Shown here one piece after another: positions 63,120-64,000 of a stretch of DNA of 64,000 nucleotides. Made by a program: the position numbers and the translations under genes. Below the pieces are notes generated by a model. That model had not been told where the DNA came from, did not search any database, and was given only the letters and a program-made list of their open reading frames with translations. How positions within the stretch are numbered: position 1 is the first letter of the stretch; every line of letters starts with the position of its first letter. The stretch is from NCBI GenBank assembly GCA_964270895.1, contig OZ185453.1; one strand, written 5' to 3'. Origin of the DNA: Podarcis filfolensis (Eukaryota).

Positions 63120-63589
63120 TAGTTGCAAAGGAAGTACAGTTACAATTAACATCACGAGGTGGCGCTGGTGACACTAGAGAGTTACATAAGGTTAGAGGTA
63201 CAAAAAATGAAGTAGTCTTTGTCATTCAGCAGTCTGAGTGTGTGTCTTCTCCTTCATATGCAGCACCCAGGGCACTGGCTCCTGAGAGCCAAGGCACTGT
63301 GTCCTACTGGGCTGGTCCCCCTCAATGTTCAGAGGGCCCTGCTCACAAAAGATCTTCAGGCAGAGGGCTGGAGGGCCAACTGTTGACGATGTTGTAGCTC
63401 CAAGGCGGGGATCCCAAACTGTGGTCTGTGGATCACCAGTGGTCTGCATGTTTCATTCGGGTGGCCCACGTCATGTCCGCATTAAATTGTATTTTTAATT
63501 GCATTTCTATTGCTGCTTTTATTTCTTATGTAACTGCATTTTTAATGTATTACGATATGAATTCAGCGAGCGCCAATTGTAATACAACA

Positions 63590-63842
63590 GAAGAAGAGGA
63601 AGAAGAGTTTGGCTTTGATATCTTGCTTTATCACTACCCGAAGGAGTCTCAAAGCGGCTGACATTCTCCTTTCCCTCCCTCCCCCACAACAAACACTCTG
63701 TGAGGTGAGTGGGGCTGAGAGACTTCAGAGAAGTGTGACTAGCCCAAGGTCACCCAGCATCTGCATGTGGAGGAGCGGAGATGTGAACCCGGTTCACCAG
63801 ATTACGAGTCTACCGCTCCTAACCACTACACCACACTGGCTC
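63590..63842 (-). mobile_element. Squam3-like tRNA/CORE SINE
   Basis: Reverse complement of the 48866-49112 family. Confidence 0.87.
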
Positions 63843-64000
63843 CCTTACAGAATGCAGTCTGTAAGAAGCAACAGAACACAATGATCGTACAGCACCCAGC
63901 ACACTATGTTGAAATTGCCCCAAAGGCAGGGAAACCATTGAGTGCTCCACCAAGTCCCCCAGCAATTTTGAAGTGGTCCATTGGTGGGAAGCCATTACAG

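Noticed and set aside
1-64000. CRISPR array, rRNA or prokaryotic operon
   Set aside because: No regularly spaced repeat-spacer structure or rRNA motifs; the repeat content is vertebrate.

Overview
This is eukaryotic genomic DNA from a squamate reptile, most likely a lacertid lizard (Podarcis-like), judged from its repeats: Sauria/Squam1 SINEs, Squam3-like CORE-SINEs, BovB/RTE, CR1, L2, L1, hAT and Tigger-like MITEs, and one solo LTR. It reads as a TE-rich intronic/intergenic region with two assembly gaps (6071-6199, 28202-28340) and one CpG-island-like putative promoter at about 34.3-35.1 kb. I could not recognise any host protein-coding exon, rRNA, functional tRNA, miRNA or CRISPR array; most ORFs in the track are TE fragments or chance ORFs. 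The most interesting items are non-autonomous retroelements of unusual architecture: (1) a 1.5-kb poly(A)-tailed element (443-1930) with an intact 222-aa coiled-coil ORF, no ORF2, and 3' motifs shared with the adjacent L1 (HAL1-like); (2) a TSD-flanked, internally deleted 'bipartite' RTE (25024-26114); (3) a MITE-head + L2-tail chimera present twice with the same junction; (4) a solo LTR with a reading frame open over most of its length. Family names come from recalled motifs, not database searches; coordinates marked approximate were estimated by eye.
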